Below are positions 41,697-50,249 of a DNA stretch of 64,000 nucleotides, piece after piece. The translations under genes and the position numbers were made by a program. Source of the stretch: Candidatus Limnocylindria bacterium (GTDB taxonomy: Bacteria > Chloroflexota > Limnocylindria > QHBO01); contig DATBIW010000090.1 in the NCBI GenBank assembly GCA_036556745.1, positions 1,594 to 65,593 of the forward strand, written 5' to 3'. The first letter of the stretch is position 1. The number at the start of each line of letters is the position of its first letter. The notes beneath the pieces are model-generated. The model was not told the DNA's origin and did not search any database. It saw nothing but the letters and a program-made list of their open reading frames with translations.

Positions 41697-42503
41697 ATGC
41701 CCGGCCCCGCGCCGGGGACCCGGGTCCGCCTCGACCAGCTGGTCGTCGACCGCGGGCTGGCCCGATCCAGGACGGAGGCCCAGGCCCTGATCATGGCCGG
41801 CGCCGTCCGGCTGGCCGATGACCCCGAGCGGCGCCTGTCGGCCGGACAGCGGGTGGCGACCGATATCTCCCTCGTCCGCGACGACGGGCCGCGCTGGGCC
41901 TCGCGCGGGGCTGACAAGCTGGTCGCCGCCCTCGACGCCTTCGGGATGGCAGTGACCGATCTGGTCTGCCTTGATGCCGGCGCCTCGACCGGCGGGTTCA
42001 CCGACGTTCTCCTCGACCGCGGGGCCCGACGGGTGTACGCGGTGGACGTCGGGCACGGCCAGCTGCTGCCCCGCCTGGCGGACGACGCGCGGGTCGTGGT
42101 CCTCGACCGGACCAACCTGCGGACCCTCGACGCGCTGCCCGAGCCGATCGACCTGGCCACCCTCGACCTGTCATTCATATCTCTGCGGCTGGTGCTCCCG
42201 GCGGTGCGCCGGCTGCTGGCCCCGGCCGGGCGGGTGGTGGCCCTCGTGAAGCCCCAGTTCGAGGCCGGCCGGGAGGACGTCCCACGCGGCGGCGTGGTCC
42301 GCGACCCCGAGGTCCATCGCCGGGTGCTGGTCCGGCTGGCGGCCGATGCCGCGTCAACCGGGCTGGTCGCGACCCGGCTGGTGGCCTCGCCACGGCCGGG
42401 CCGTGAGGGCAACCGCGAGTTCCTGGCCCTCTTGGAGGCGGGGACGGCCCCGGAGCTGCACCCGGCGGCGTGGGACGAAATGGTCGATTCCGCGCTCGCC
42501 TGA
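41697..42503 (+). CDS. tlyA: TlyA-family rRNA 2'-O-methyltransferase
   Basis: An S4-like N-terminus (RLDQLVVDRGLARSRTEAQALI) is followed by the FtsJ-type SAM motif LDAGASTGGFTDVLL and VDVG. Confidence 0.9.
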   Translation: MPGPAPGTRVRLDQLVVDRGLARSRTEAQALIMAGAVRLADDPERRLSAGQRVATDISLVRDDGPRWASRGADKLVAALDAFGMAVTDLVCLDAGASTGGFTDVLLDRGARRVYAVDVGHGQLLPRLADDARVVVLDRTNLRTLDALPEPIDLATLDLSFISLRLVLPAVRRLLAPAGRVVALVKPQFEAGREDVPRGGVVRDPEVHRRVLVRLAADAASTGLVATRLVASPRPGREGNREFLALLEAGTAPELHPAAWDEMVDSALA

Positions 42504-42505
42504 AG

Positions 42506-42529
42506 CGGGCGCTCTTCCCCGAACGCCCG
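42506..42529 (+). terminator. Hairpin cgggcg-ctcttccccgaa-cgcccg just after tlyA
   Basis: It has a 6-bp GC stem and 12-nt loop, and no U-tract. Confidence 0.25.
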
Positions 42530-42538
42530 GGCGCGTAT

Positions 42539-42544
42539 TACGAT
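42539..42544 (+). promoter_or_regulatory. Candidate -10 box TACGAT (or TATTAC at 42536-42541), 6 nt upstream of GTG 42551
   Basis: This is the only AT-rich patch in the tlyA-nadK spacer. It supports GTG 42551 as a leaderless start for the RHH gene. Confidence 0.3.
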
Positions 42545-42550
42545 CTGCCC

Positions 42551-42892
42551 GTGGCGAGGACTTCGGCCCGCGCGCCCCGAGTCGAGCAGCTGAGCGTCGG
42601 CTTCGACATCGATCCCATACCCATCGGCCCGGAGCCGGCGTCGGACACGATGCGCCAGATCGTCTCGATCCGGATGCCGGACGCCCTGGTCGAGCGGGTC
42701 GAGACCGTGGCCAAGGCCCGCGGGGTCTCCCCGTCGTCGCTGATGCGGGCCCTGATCGCAGCCGGCCTCGACCGCTCGTACGCCGCCCTGACCGAGAGCG
42801 AGGCCGCATCCGACCTGGCCGCTGAGCTGGCCGCGCTCCGTCAGCGGGTCGAGGACATCGCCGCCAGCCTGGCCGCCGACCGCCCCTCGTGA
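42551..42892 (+). CDS. Ribbon-helix-helix (CopG/Arc-like) small protein
   Basis: RQIVSIRMPDALVERVETVAKARGVSPSSLMRALIAAGL fits a beta-strand/helix/helix RHH pattern, followed by a C-terminal helix. The start is uncertain: GTG 42551 is favoured, and ATG 42650 or the track start 42470 are possible. The stop overlaps the nadK GTG (GTGA). Confidence 0.5.
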   Translation: MARTSARAPRVEQLSVGFDIDPIPIGPEPASDTMRQIVSIRMPDALVERVETVAKARGVSPSSLMRALIAAGLDRSYAALTESEAASDLAAELAALRQRVEDIAASLAADRPS

Positions 42893-43740
42893 GCGCCGCG
42901 CAGCTCGGGCGCATCGGCTTCGCCCTCAGCCGATACAACCCCGATGCCGCCGCGGTCCTGGCCCGCGGAAAGGCGTGGTGCGCCGCCCACGGGGTCGAGG
43001 CCTGGGACGCGGTCGCCGACGATCACGATCGCCTGGCCGTCGAGCTGCCGGGGAGCGACCTGGTCGCCGTGCTCGGGGGCGACGGGACGTTCCTCCAGGT
43101 GGCCCGGGCGATCGGCGACAGCGAGGTGCCCGCGCTCGGCGTCAACCTCGGGCGGGTCGGCTTCCTGGCCAAGGTCGAGCCCGACGAGCTGGAGGCGGCA
43201 CTCGACGGCATCGCGGCCGGCAGCCACCGGGTGGCCGAGCGGATGCGGCTCGAGGCCACCATCCACCGGCTCGCCGGCGAGCCGACCGTGGCCGCCTGCC
43301 TGAACGAGGTCGTCGTGGCCCGCGCCGCCCAGGTCCGGCTCATCGAGGTCGAGGTCGAGGTCAGCGGCAGCCACCTGGCGACCTACCTGGCCGACGGGGT
43401 CGTGGTCGCGACCCCGACCGGCTCGACGGCCTACTCGTACTCGGCGGGCGGCGCGCTCATCGACCCGCGGCTGCGGAACCTGGTCATCACCCCGGTGGCC
43501 GCCTACCTGTCGGCCATCCACAGCGTGGTGGCCGGGGAGGAGCACCGCATCCGGCTCCGCCTCCGCGAGGCGTTCGGCGGGGCGGTCGTTTCGTTCGACG
43601 GGCAGCACGACGTGCCGCTGGCCGTCGGGGAGTGGGTCGAGGTCAGCGCCCTGCCGGTCCCGCTCCGACTCGTCGAGCCGGAGGGCAGCACCCCGTTCTA
43701 CGACCTCCTCCGAACCAAGGCCTCGCTCCTGCCCGACTGA
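42889..43740 (+). CDS. nadK: NAD kinase
   Basis: VLGGDGTFL, GVNLGRVGFL and ATPTGSTAYSYSAGG are present. Confidence 0.9.
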   Translation: MSAAQLGRIGFALSRYNPDAAAVLARGKAWCAAHGVEAWDAVADDHDRLAVELPGSDLVAVLGGDGTFLQVARAIGDSEVPALGVNLGRVGFLAKVEPDELEAALDGIAAGSHRVAERMRLEATIHRLAGEPTVAACLNEVVVARAAQVRLIEVEVEVSGSHLATYLADGVVVATPTGSTAYSYSAGGALIDPRLRNLVITPVAAYLSAIHSVVAGEEHRIRLRLREAFGGAVVSFDGQHDVPLAVGEWVEVSALPVPLRLVEPEGSTPFYDLLRTKASLLPD

Positions 43741-43741
43741 C

Positions 43742-44638
43742 GTGCCCGCCTCCACCGTCGATCCCGGGCTGGCCACGGCCATCGACGAGTTCCTGCTCGA
43801 GCTCCGCGTCGAGCGTGGCCTCTCCCCGCTGACCATCGCGGCCTACCGGCGCGACCTCGGCCAGTTCGCGGAGGAGGCCGGCGGGCGCTGGCGCGACGAC
43901 CCGACCGTGGTCGGGGACTTCGTGGCGCGCCTCCGGCGCCAGGGCCGTCGGTCGACGACCCAGGCGCGCAAGGTGGCCGCCATTCGGAGCTTCTACGGGT
44001 TCGCCCGCCGGGAGGGGCTCATCGAGCGCGACCTCGCGGACCTCATCGACCCGCCGCGTCCCGGCCGCTATCTCCCCGAAGTCCTGGCTCCCGACGAGGT
44101 GGAGCGGATCCTGGCGGCACCCGGCGACGATCCGGCCGGGATCCGCGACGCAGCGATCCTCGAGCTCCTCTACGCCTGTGGGCTCCGGGTCTCCGAGCTC
44201 ACCGGACTCGACCTGGATCGGCTCAACCTGGCCGGCCTCGAGGTGCGCGTGATCGGGAAGGGCAACCGCGAGCGGCGGGTCCCGATGGGGGAGCCGGCGC
44301 GAGACCGGCTGCATCGGTACGTGACCGGTCCCCGCCAGGCCTGGACGGCCGGAAAGCCGACCCCGGCGGTGTTCGTCTCGCAGCGCGGCTCACGGCTCGG
44401 CAGGGAGGCGGTGTGGCGGCTGGTGCGCCGCTGGAGCCGGGCGGCGGGCATCGGCGCGGAGGTCACTCCGCACACGTTTCGGCACAGCTTTGCGACCCAT
44501 CTGCTCGAGGGCGGAGCCGATCTCCGCGTGGTCCAGTCGCTGCTGGGCCATGCTAGCATCAGCACCACCCAGCTCTATACCCACCTGACCGGCGAGCGCG
44601 TGCGGGAGGTGTACGCCCGGTCGCACCCGCGAGCCTGA
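43742..44638 (+). CDS. xerD: Tyrosine recombinase XerD-type
   Basis: ILELLYACGLRVSEL and HTFRHSFATHLLEGGADLRVVQSLLGHASISTTQLYTHL are present. Confidence 0.85.
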   Translation: MPASTVDPGLATAIDEFLLELRVERGLSPLTIAAYRRDLGQFAEEAGGRWRDDPTVVGDFVARLRRQGRRSTTQARKVAAIRSFYGFARREGLIERDLADLIDPPRPGRYLPEVLAPDEVERILAAPGDDPAGIRDAAILELLYACGLRVSELTGLDLDRLNLAGLEVRVIGKGNRERRVPMGEPARDRLHRYVTGPRQAWTAGKPTPAVFVSQRGSRLGREAVWRLVRRWSRAAGIGAEVTPHTFRHSFATHLLEGGADLRVVQSLLGHASISTTQLYTHLTGERVREVYARSHPRA

Positions 44639-44650
44639 GGAGCCCTGCCG

Positions 44651-45448
44651 ATGAGTTACGCCCGCAAGCAGCTCGCCCGCGGCGAAGAGGTCGTGTACCA
44701 GGGGGCCCAGCACTGGTGGGCCGTCGTCGTCCGGGTGTGGTGGGCGATCGTCCTGTCCATCCTCTCCCTGGCGGTCCTGATGTGGGCCCTGACCTGGGAC
44801 CCGTCGATCCTCCAGACGATCGTCGAGATCGCGGCGCTCATCGGCCTGGTGATCGGCCTGGTCAAGATGGGAACCGCCATCTGGGACTGGCACAACACCG
44901 AGTACCTGATCACCGACAAGCGGATCCTCAGGGCCGAGGGCATCCTGAACAAGCGCGTCGCGAGCACAAGCCTCGAGAAGGTGAACGACGTCCTCCTCGA
45001 CCAGAGCCTGTTCGGCCGCGTCCTCGGCTTCGGTGACCTCGACATCCTGACCGCCTCCGATGAGCTGACCGGCGTGAACGACTTTCCGACCCTCGCCGAC
45101 CCGATCGAGTTCAAGCTCGCCCTCCTGAACCAGAAGGAGGTCTACGAGAACCCGCAGATGGCCGCCCAGGCTTACCAGCGCTCGGTCGAACCGGAGCTGA
45201 AGCCGGCCGAGCCGATGGCCCCGCGCGCCGGCAGCGACCAGGTCACGATGGTCGAGGAGCCGGCACCCGCCGAGGCCTCGGCGGAGCAGCCGGCCGTTTC
45301 GCCGGCGCCCGCCGAGCCGGTCGCCGCCGCCCCGGCCGCGGACGACCCGACCGCCAGCCTCGAGCGCCTGGCCGGGCTGCGGGACCGCGGCCTGATCACG
45401 CCCGAGGAGTACGAGGCCAAGAAGCGCGAGCTCCTGGAGCGGATCTAG
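44651..45448 (+). CDS. Bacterial PH-domain (YdbS/DUF304-like) membrane protein with C-terminal SHOCT domain
   Basis: Two TM helices are followed by NTEYLITDKRILRAEGILNKRVASTSLEKVNDV...GDLDI. A Pro/Ala-rich linker leads to LERLAGLRDRGLITPEEYEAKKRELLERI, which is the SHOCT motif. Confidence 0.7.
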   Translation: MSYARKQLARGEEVVYQGAQHWWAVVVRVWWAIVLSILSLAVLMWALTWDPSILQTIVEIAALIGLVIGLVKMGTAIWDWHNTEYLITDKRILRAEGILNKRVASTSLEKVNDVLLDQSLFGRVLGFGDLDILTASDELTGVNDFPTLADPIEFKLALLNQKEVYENPQMAAQAYQRSVEPELKPAEPMAPRAGSDQVTMVEEPAPAEASAEQPAVSPAPAEPVAAAPAADDPTASLERLAGLRDRGLITPEEYEAKKRELLERI

Positions 45449-45450
45449 CG

Positions 45451-46314
45451 GTGGCCGACGGCCCCGCGGCGCCGGACCTCCAGGAACGGATCGAGACCGC
45501 CGCCGCCGCCGTCCGGGAGCGCCTGGCCAGCGTTCCCGCCCTCGCCGAGCCGAGCCTCGGCCTGGTCCTGGGTTCCGGGCTCGGCGGGGTCGTGGACCTT
45601 CTCGATCCCGAGCCGCGCCTCCACGTCCCGTACGGCGAGATCCCGGGCGTCCCGGTCTCGAGCGTGCCGGGGCACGCCGGTGAGCTGGTCGCGGGGCTCG
45701 TGGCGGGGAAGCCGGTCCTCGTCCTGGCGGGGCGGGTCCATGCCTACGAGGGCTACCGCCATCGCGAGGTCACGGTCCTCATCCGGGCCACCTTCCTGGC
45801 CGGCATCCGCACCGTCGTCCTGACCAGCGCGGCCGGCGGGATGAACCCAGAGTTCGAGCCCGGCGAGCTCATGCTCATCACCGACCATATCAACCTGTCT
45901 GGCGACAACCCGCTGTTCGGTCCGAATGTCGACGCCCTCGGCCCGCGCTTCCCGGCACTGACCAACGCCTACGACCCCGAGCTGGCCGACCGGGCCCGGG
46001 CGGCCGCCGCGCGGACGGGAGTCCACCTCCACGAGGGGGTCTACGTGATGCTCTCCGGCCCGAGCTTCGAGACCCGGGCCGAGCTCCGCCTCCTCCGCCG
46101 GCTCGGGGGCGACGCAGTCGGGATGTCGACCGCGCTCGAGGTCATCGTCGCCCGGCATGCCGGGGTTCGAGTCCTCGCGTTCTCGCTCATCACGAACATG
46201 GCGACCCCGGAGATGGAGACCGGGGCGACCCACGAGGAGGTCATGGAGATGGGGCGCATCGGGGGCGCCCACCTGGCCACCCTGCTCGGCTCCCTCCTGC
46301 CGGAGATCGCCTGA
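45451..46314 (+). CDS. punA: Purine nucleoside phosphorylase (trimeric PNP/PunA type)
   Basis: LGSGLG...GHAGELV.G...GR.H.YEG, SGPSFETRAE and GADAVGMSTALEVIVARH are present. Confidence 0.85.
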   Translation: MADGPAAPDLQERIETAAAAVRERLASVPALAEPSLGLVLGSGLGGVVDLLDPEPRLHVPYGEIPGVPVSSVPGHAGELVAGLVAGKPVLVLAGRVHAYEGYRHREVTVLIRATFLAGIRTVVLTSAAGGMNPEFEPGELMLITDHINLSGDNPLFGPNVDALGPRFPALTNAYDPELADRARAAAARTGVHLHEGVYVMLSGPSFETRAELRLLRRLGGDAVGMSTALEVIVARHAGVRVLAFSLITNMATPEMETGATHEEVMEMGRIGGAHLATLLGSLLPEIA

Positions 46315-46317
46315 GGC

Positions 46318-46947
46318 GTGATCTTCCTGGCGGGACAGCTCAGCATCAGCGTCCTGGTCGGCATCGTGGTCGGGATGCTCGCCGGCATCACGTTCCACGA
46401 GTTCAGCCACGCCCTGGTGGCCGACCGGCTCGGCGACCACCAGCCGCGAGCCCTGGGTCGGGTCTCGCTCAACCCGCTCCGCCACCTCGACCCGCTGGGC
46501 ACCGCGCTCCTCGTCCTGGTCGGGATCGGCTGGGGGAAGCCGGTCCCGGTCCGGATCAATGCCCTCCAGAACGGACGGGGCGGGATGGCCCTCGTCAGCC
46601 TGGCCGGTCCGCTGGCCAACGTGGTCGTGGCCCTCGCCCTGGCAGCCGCCTATCGGTTCGCTGACATCGCAGTCGGGATGCCGCTCGTCCTCGACGCGCT
46701 GTACTGGGCGACCTACATCAACCTGCTGCTGGCGCTGCTGAACGTCATCCCGATCCCGCCGCTGGACGGGTCGGGGGTCCTCCTGGCCGTCGTCCCGCCC
46801 CGGTGGGAGTACACGATCCGCCGCTACCAGGCGTACGGCATCATCCTGCTCCTGATCCTGCTGATCATGCCGGGCAGCCCGTTGAACGCCTTCCTCGGGC
46901 TCGCCGAGCCGTGGGCCGACATCCTCACCGGGCGGCCGCTCCTCTGA
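46318..46947 (+). CDS. Site-2 protease family (M50) membrane metalloprotease
   Basis: The HEFSHALVA (HExxH) motif lies in a TM helix, and NLLLALLNVIPIPPLDG is the second conserved motif. Confidence 0.8.
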   Translation: MIFLAGQLSISVLVGIVVGMLAGITFHEFSHALVADRLGDHQPRALGRVSLNPLRHLDPLGTALLVLVGIGWGKPVPVRINALQNGRGGMALVSLAGPLANVVVALALAAAYRFADIAVGMPLVLDALYWATYINLLLALLNVIPIPPLDGSGVLLAVVPPRWEYTIRRYQAYGIILLLILLIMPGSPLNAFLGLAEPWADILTGRPLL

Positions 46948-46949
46948 CC

Positions 46950-47444
46950 GTGCGCCCCGCCCACCGCGTTCGCCAGTTCCGCGACCACCTGTTCGCCCGC
47001 GTCGGTCCGGCCGAGCGGGCCGATGCCCATGACCTGCTGCCGGCGCGTGCGGCCGCCGTCTTCGACGCCATGCCGGTCGCCGACCAGCGGCACGCCCTCG
47101 ATGTGGTCGCCCGCCTCCGGGCCGATGGGCAGGCCGATCCCGACCTCCTGGCCGCCGCCCTCCTCCACGACGCGGGGAAGGGCCACCAGGTCCGCCTGTG
47201 GCACCGGGTGGCCGTCGTCCTGGTGGGGGCCGTCGCGCCGTCCCAGCTCGAGCGGCTCGGATCCGCGGACCCGGCGTCCTGGCGCTACCCGTTCCACCTC
47301 CAGCGCCACCACGAGCGGCTCTCGGCCCAGGCCGCCCTCGACGCCGGGTGTGGCCCGCGGGTGGCGGCCTTCATCGCCGGCACGCCCGAAGGCCCCGATG
47401 CGCAGTTGGCGGCTGCACTGCAGGCCGCCGACGCGGCATCCTGA
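46950..47444 (+). CDS. HD-domain protein (predicted phosphohydrolase)
   Basis: QRHALDV...AALLHDAGK provides the H...HD metal ligands. The start was trimmed to GTG 46950, 2 nt after the M50 stop. Confidence 0.5.
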   Translation: MRPAHRVRQFRDHLFARVGPAERADAHDLLPARAAAVFDAMPVADQRHALDVVARLRADGQADPDLLAAALLHDAGKGHQVRLWHRVAVVLVGAVAPSQLERLGSADPASWRYPFHLQRHHERLSAQAALDAGCGPRVAAFIAGTPEGPDAQLAAALQAADAAS

Positions 47445-47459
47445 GCGCATGGTGAGCCG

Positions 47460-48236
47460 ATGAGCACGCCGATCCCGGTCCAGGCCGAGGCGCCGGTCGC
47501 GGTCCCGGTCGGGCCGCCGCCCGAGTTCCAGGTCGAGCTCGAGGTCTTCGAGGGACCCCTGCCGCTGCTCCTCCACCTGATCGAGGCCGCCGAGCTGGAC
47601 GTCCTGACCGTGCCGCTGGCCCGGGTGGCCGATGCCTACGTGACGTACCTGGCCACCCATCCGGTGGACCCGGCCAACCTGGCCCAGTTCGTGGCCACCG
47701 CCGCCCAGCTGATCCTGATCAAGTCGCGGAGCCTGCTCCCCGCAGAGCCCTCCGAGATGCCCCTCGCCGACGGCGAGGACATCGACGAGGAGGAGCTCCG
47801 CCGCCGCCTGATCGCGTACAGGGCCATCCGCGAGGCCGCGCGGGAGCTGGCCGGACGGGACGGTGTCGAGCCGATGTGGCGACGCGAGCCGCGGCCCGCC
47901 GACCTGCCGGAGGCGCCCCTCGTCCCGCTCGAGCCGAGCCTGCTGGGCCGGGCGCTGGGCTCGCTGCTGGCGATTGCCGAGCCCGAGCCGCCACCGCCGG
48001 AGATCGTCCCGCGGGAGGTCACCGTCGGCCAGCAGATCGACGTCCTCCGGGCCGCCCTCGGCGACACTGGGAGGATCGTGCTCCAGGCCGTCCTCGACAC
48101 CGCGCAGTCGCGGACCGAGAAGGTCGTCACCCTGCTCGCCGCGCTCGAGCTCGTCCGCCGCCGGGAGCTCCGGGCGAGCCAGAAGGCGCTGTTCGGGCCG
48201 ATCGTCCTCGAGCGCGCCGCCGAGGGGGCCTCGTGA
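47460..48236 (+). CDS. scpA: Segregation and condensation protein A
   Basis: FEGPLPLLLHLIEAAELDVLTVPLARVADAYV and a C-terminal winged helix (VVTLLAALELVR) are present. Confidence 0.85.
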   Translation: MSTPIPVQAEAPVAVPVGPPPEFQVELEVFEGPLPLLLHLIEAAELDVLTVPLARVADAYVTYLATHPVDPANLAQFVATAAQLILIKSRSLLPAEPSEMPLADGEDIDEEELRRRLIAYRAIREAARELAGRDGVEPMWRREPRPADLPEAPLVPLEPSLLGRALGSLLAIAEPEPPPPEIVPREVTVGQQIDVLRAALGDTGRIVLQAVLDTAQSRTEKVVTLLAALELVRRRELRASQKALFGPIVLERAAEGAS

Positions 48237-48790
48237 GCCTCGTCGCGCGCTTGGAAGGGCTCCTCTTCGTCGCCGAGCGGCCGCTCACGACTGCCGAGCT
48301 CGTCGAGCTCTGCGAGGTGTCGCCGTCGGCCGTGGCCGCCGGCCTGGCCGAGCTCGGGAGCGCGCTCAGCGGGCGTGGGCTGGCGCTCCAGCAGCTCGAC
48401 GGCGCCTGGCAGCTGACGACCGCGCCCGAGGTCGCCGACACGGTGCGCCGGTACGCCGAGCGGACCGAGGGCCGGCTCAGCCCGGCCGCGGTGGAGGCGC
48501 TGGCCGTCGTGGCCTACCAGCAGCCGGTGACCCGGGGGGACGTCGAGCGGGTCCGCGGCGTGGACTCCGACTCGGTGATGCGTTCGCTCCTCCATCGGCG
48601 CCTGATCGTCGAAGCCGGTCGCCGCGACAGCCCGGGCCGGCCGATCCTGTACCGGACGACGTTCACCTTCCTCGAGCGATTCGGGCTCGCGTCCCTCGAG
48701 GGCCTGCCGCCCCTCGTCACCGAGACGGCCACCGACGGCGAGCCGGGCCCCGTTGCGATCGAGGTCGGCGCCGACGGGCATGCCGGGTGA
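48233..48790 (+). CDS. scpB: Segregation and condensation protein B
   Basis: LEGLLFVAERPL...LS.AA.E.LAVVAYQQPVTRGDVERVRGV...GRP.LY.TT..FLE.FGL. GTG 48233 overlaps the scpA TGA (GTGA). Confidence 0.85.
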   Translation: MSLVARLEGLLFVAERPLTTAELVELCEVSPSAVAAGLAELGSALSGRGLALQQLDGAWQLTTAPEVADTVRRYAERTEGRLSPAAVEALAVVAYQQPVTRGDVERVRGVDSDSVMRSLLHRRLIVEAGRRDSPGRPILYRTTFTFLERFGLASLEGLPPLVTETATDGEPGPVAIEVGADGHAG

Positions 48791-50249
48791 GCGCCTCCAG
48801 GCCGCCCTTGCCCGCGCGGGACTGGCCTCGCGGCGGACTGCCGACCAGTGGATCACCGACGGCCGGGTCACGGTCAACGGCTCGGTCGCCGCTCCCGGCA
48901 CGCGGATCGACCCGGCCCGGGACGCGGTGACGCTCGACGGCCAACCGGTTGCCCTGGCCGCCCCGCCGGCCGTCCACCTGGCCGTCCACAAGCCGCGCGG
49001 CGTGCTGTCCTCGGCTCGTCCCGCGCACGGGCGACGGGCGGTCGTCGAGCTCGTCGAGCCCCCGTCGAGCGGCCGCCTGTGGCCGGCCGGCCGCCTGGAC
49101 GTCGAGTCCGAGGGCCTGATGCTCCTGACCAACGACGGGGCGTGGGCGCAGCGCCTGCTCCATCCCCGCTACGGGCTCGAGCGGGCCTATGCCGTCCAGC
49201 TCGACCGGTCGCCGAGCGCGGCCGACCTCGCCCGGCTCCGGCGCGGCATCGAGCTCGAGGATGGGCCGGCCCGCCTGCTCGCCGCCGCCGCCGGCCGGCG
49301 CCCCACCGCCGTCGAGCCGACCGAAACCGGCGGACCCTGGCTGGCGGTGCGGGTGGGGGAGGGCCGGAAGCGCGAGCTGCGTCGGCTGTTCCAGGCCGCC
49401 GGCTACCGCGTCCAGCGCCTGGTGCGGACGGGCTTTGGTCCGGTGACCCTCGGGAGCCTGCCGCCGGGCGGGTGGCGGTTCCTGACGGCCGCGGAGGTGG
49501 CCGACCTCGGCGGGACGCCGGCGCCGTCCGCGAGCCGGGCCACTGCACGGACCGGCCGCAAGCCGGCCCGTCGCCACCTCCAGGTGGCCGTGGACGGGAC
49601 CTCGGGCTCGGGCAAGAGCACGATCGGACGAGCCCTCGCCGCGCGGATCGGGGCGCGGTTCGTGGACACCGGGCTCCTCTACCGGGCCGTGACCTTGGCC
49701 GCGCTCGAGGCGGACGTCGACCCGGACGACGAGCCGGCGCTGGCCGACCTCGCGCGACGGATCAAGATCAGGGTCGAGCCCGCCGACCCGCAGGGTCGCG
49801 AGGCGGGGGAGCGCGTGCTCGTCGGCCGCCGGGACGTGACCGCCCTCCTCCGTGACCCTCGGATCGAGCGGGCGGTGCCCACCGTCAGCCGGCATCCGCG
49901 GGTGCGGGCCGCGATGCTGAAGGTCCAGCGCGACGCGGCGCGGGCCCGTGACACGGTCATGGTCGGCCGGGATATCGGGACGGTCGTCCTGCCCGACGCC
50001 GACCTCAAGGTCTTCCTGACCGCATCGGTCGAGACCCGAGCGCGGCGACGGGCGGCGCAGATGGGCCGGCCGGAGCGGCTGGAGATCTACCAGCGCGAGA
50101 TCGGCGAACGCGATCGGACCGATTCGACCCGGGCGGTGGCGCCGCTCAAGCGTGCACCGGGGGCCCTCGTCGTGGACACCGGGGAGCTGGACGTGGACGG
50201 CTGCGTGGCCACGATCGTGGCCGCCCTGCCGGCGGACCGGCGGCCGTGA
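48780..50249 (+). CDS. In-frame fusion: RsuA/RluB-family pseudouridine synthase (S4 plus catalytic domain) joined to cytidylate kinase
   Basis: The N-terminal half has ERLQAALARAGLASRR (S4) and GRLDVESEGLMLLTNDG (catalytic Asp). A basic linker follows. The cytidylate kinase half reads VAVDGTSGSGKSTIGRALA...FVDTGLLYRA...GRDIGTVVLPDA..K.FLTAS...RA.RR. No stop codon separates the two halves. An internal GTG at 49584 could also initiate a separate Cmk. Confidence 0.8.
   Translation: MPGERLQAALARAGLASRRTADQWITDGRVTVNGSVAAPGTRIDPARDAVTLDGQPVALAAPPAVHLAVHKPRGVLSSARPAHGRRAVVELVEPPSSGRLWPAGRLDVESEGLMLLTNDGAWAQRLLHPRYGLERAYAVQLDRSPSAADLARLRRGIELEDGPARLLAAAAGRRPTAVEPTETGGPWLAVRVGEGRKRELRRLFQAAGYRVQRLVRTGFGPVTLGSLPPGGWRFLTAAEVADLGGTPAPSASRATARTGRKPARRHLQVAVDGTSGSGKSTIGRALAARIGARFVDTGLLYRAVTLAALEADVDPDDEPALADLARRIKIRVEPADPQGREAGERVLVGRRDVTALLRDPRIERAVPTVSRHPRVRAAMLKVQRDAARARDTVMVGRDIGTVVLPDADLKVFLTASVETRARRRAAQMGRPERLEIYQREIGERDRTDSTRAVAPLKRAPGALVVDTGELDVDGCVATIVAALPADRRP

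Noticed and set aside
42551-42892. RHH protein considered as the antitoxin of a toxin-antitoxin pair.
   Set aside because: The downstream overlapping gene is nadK and the upstream gene is tlyA. No PIN, RelE, ParE, MazF or other toxin-sized ORF with coding character is adjacent.
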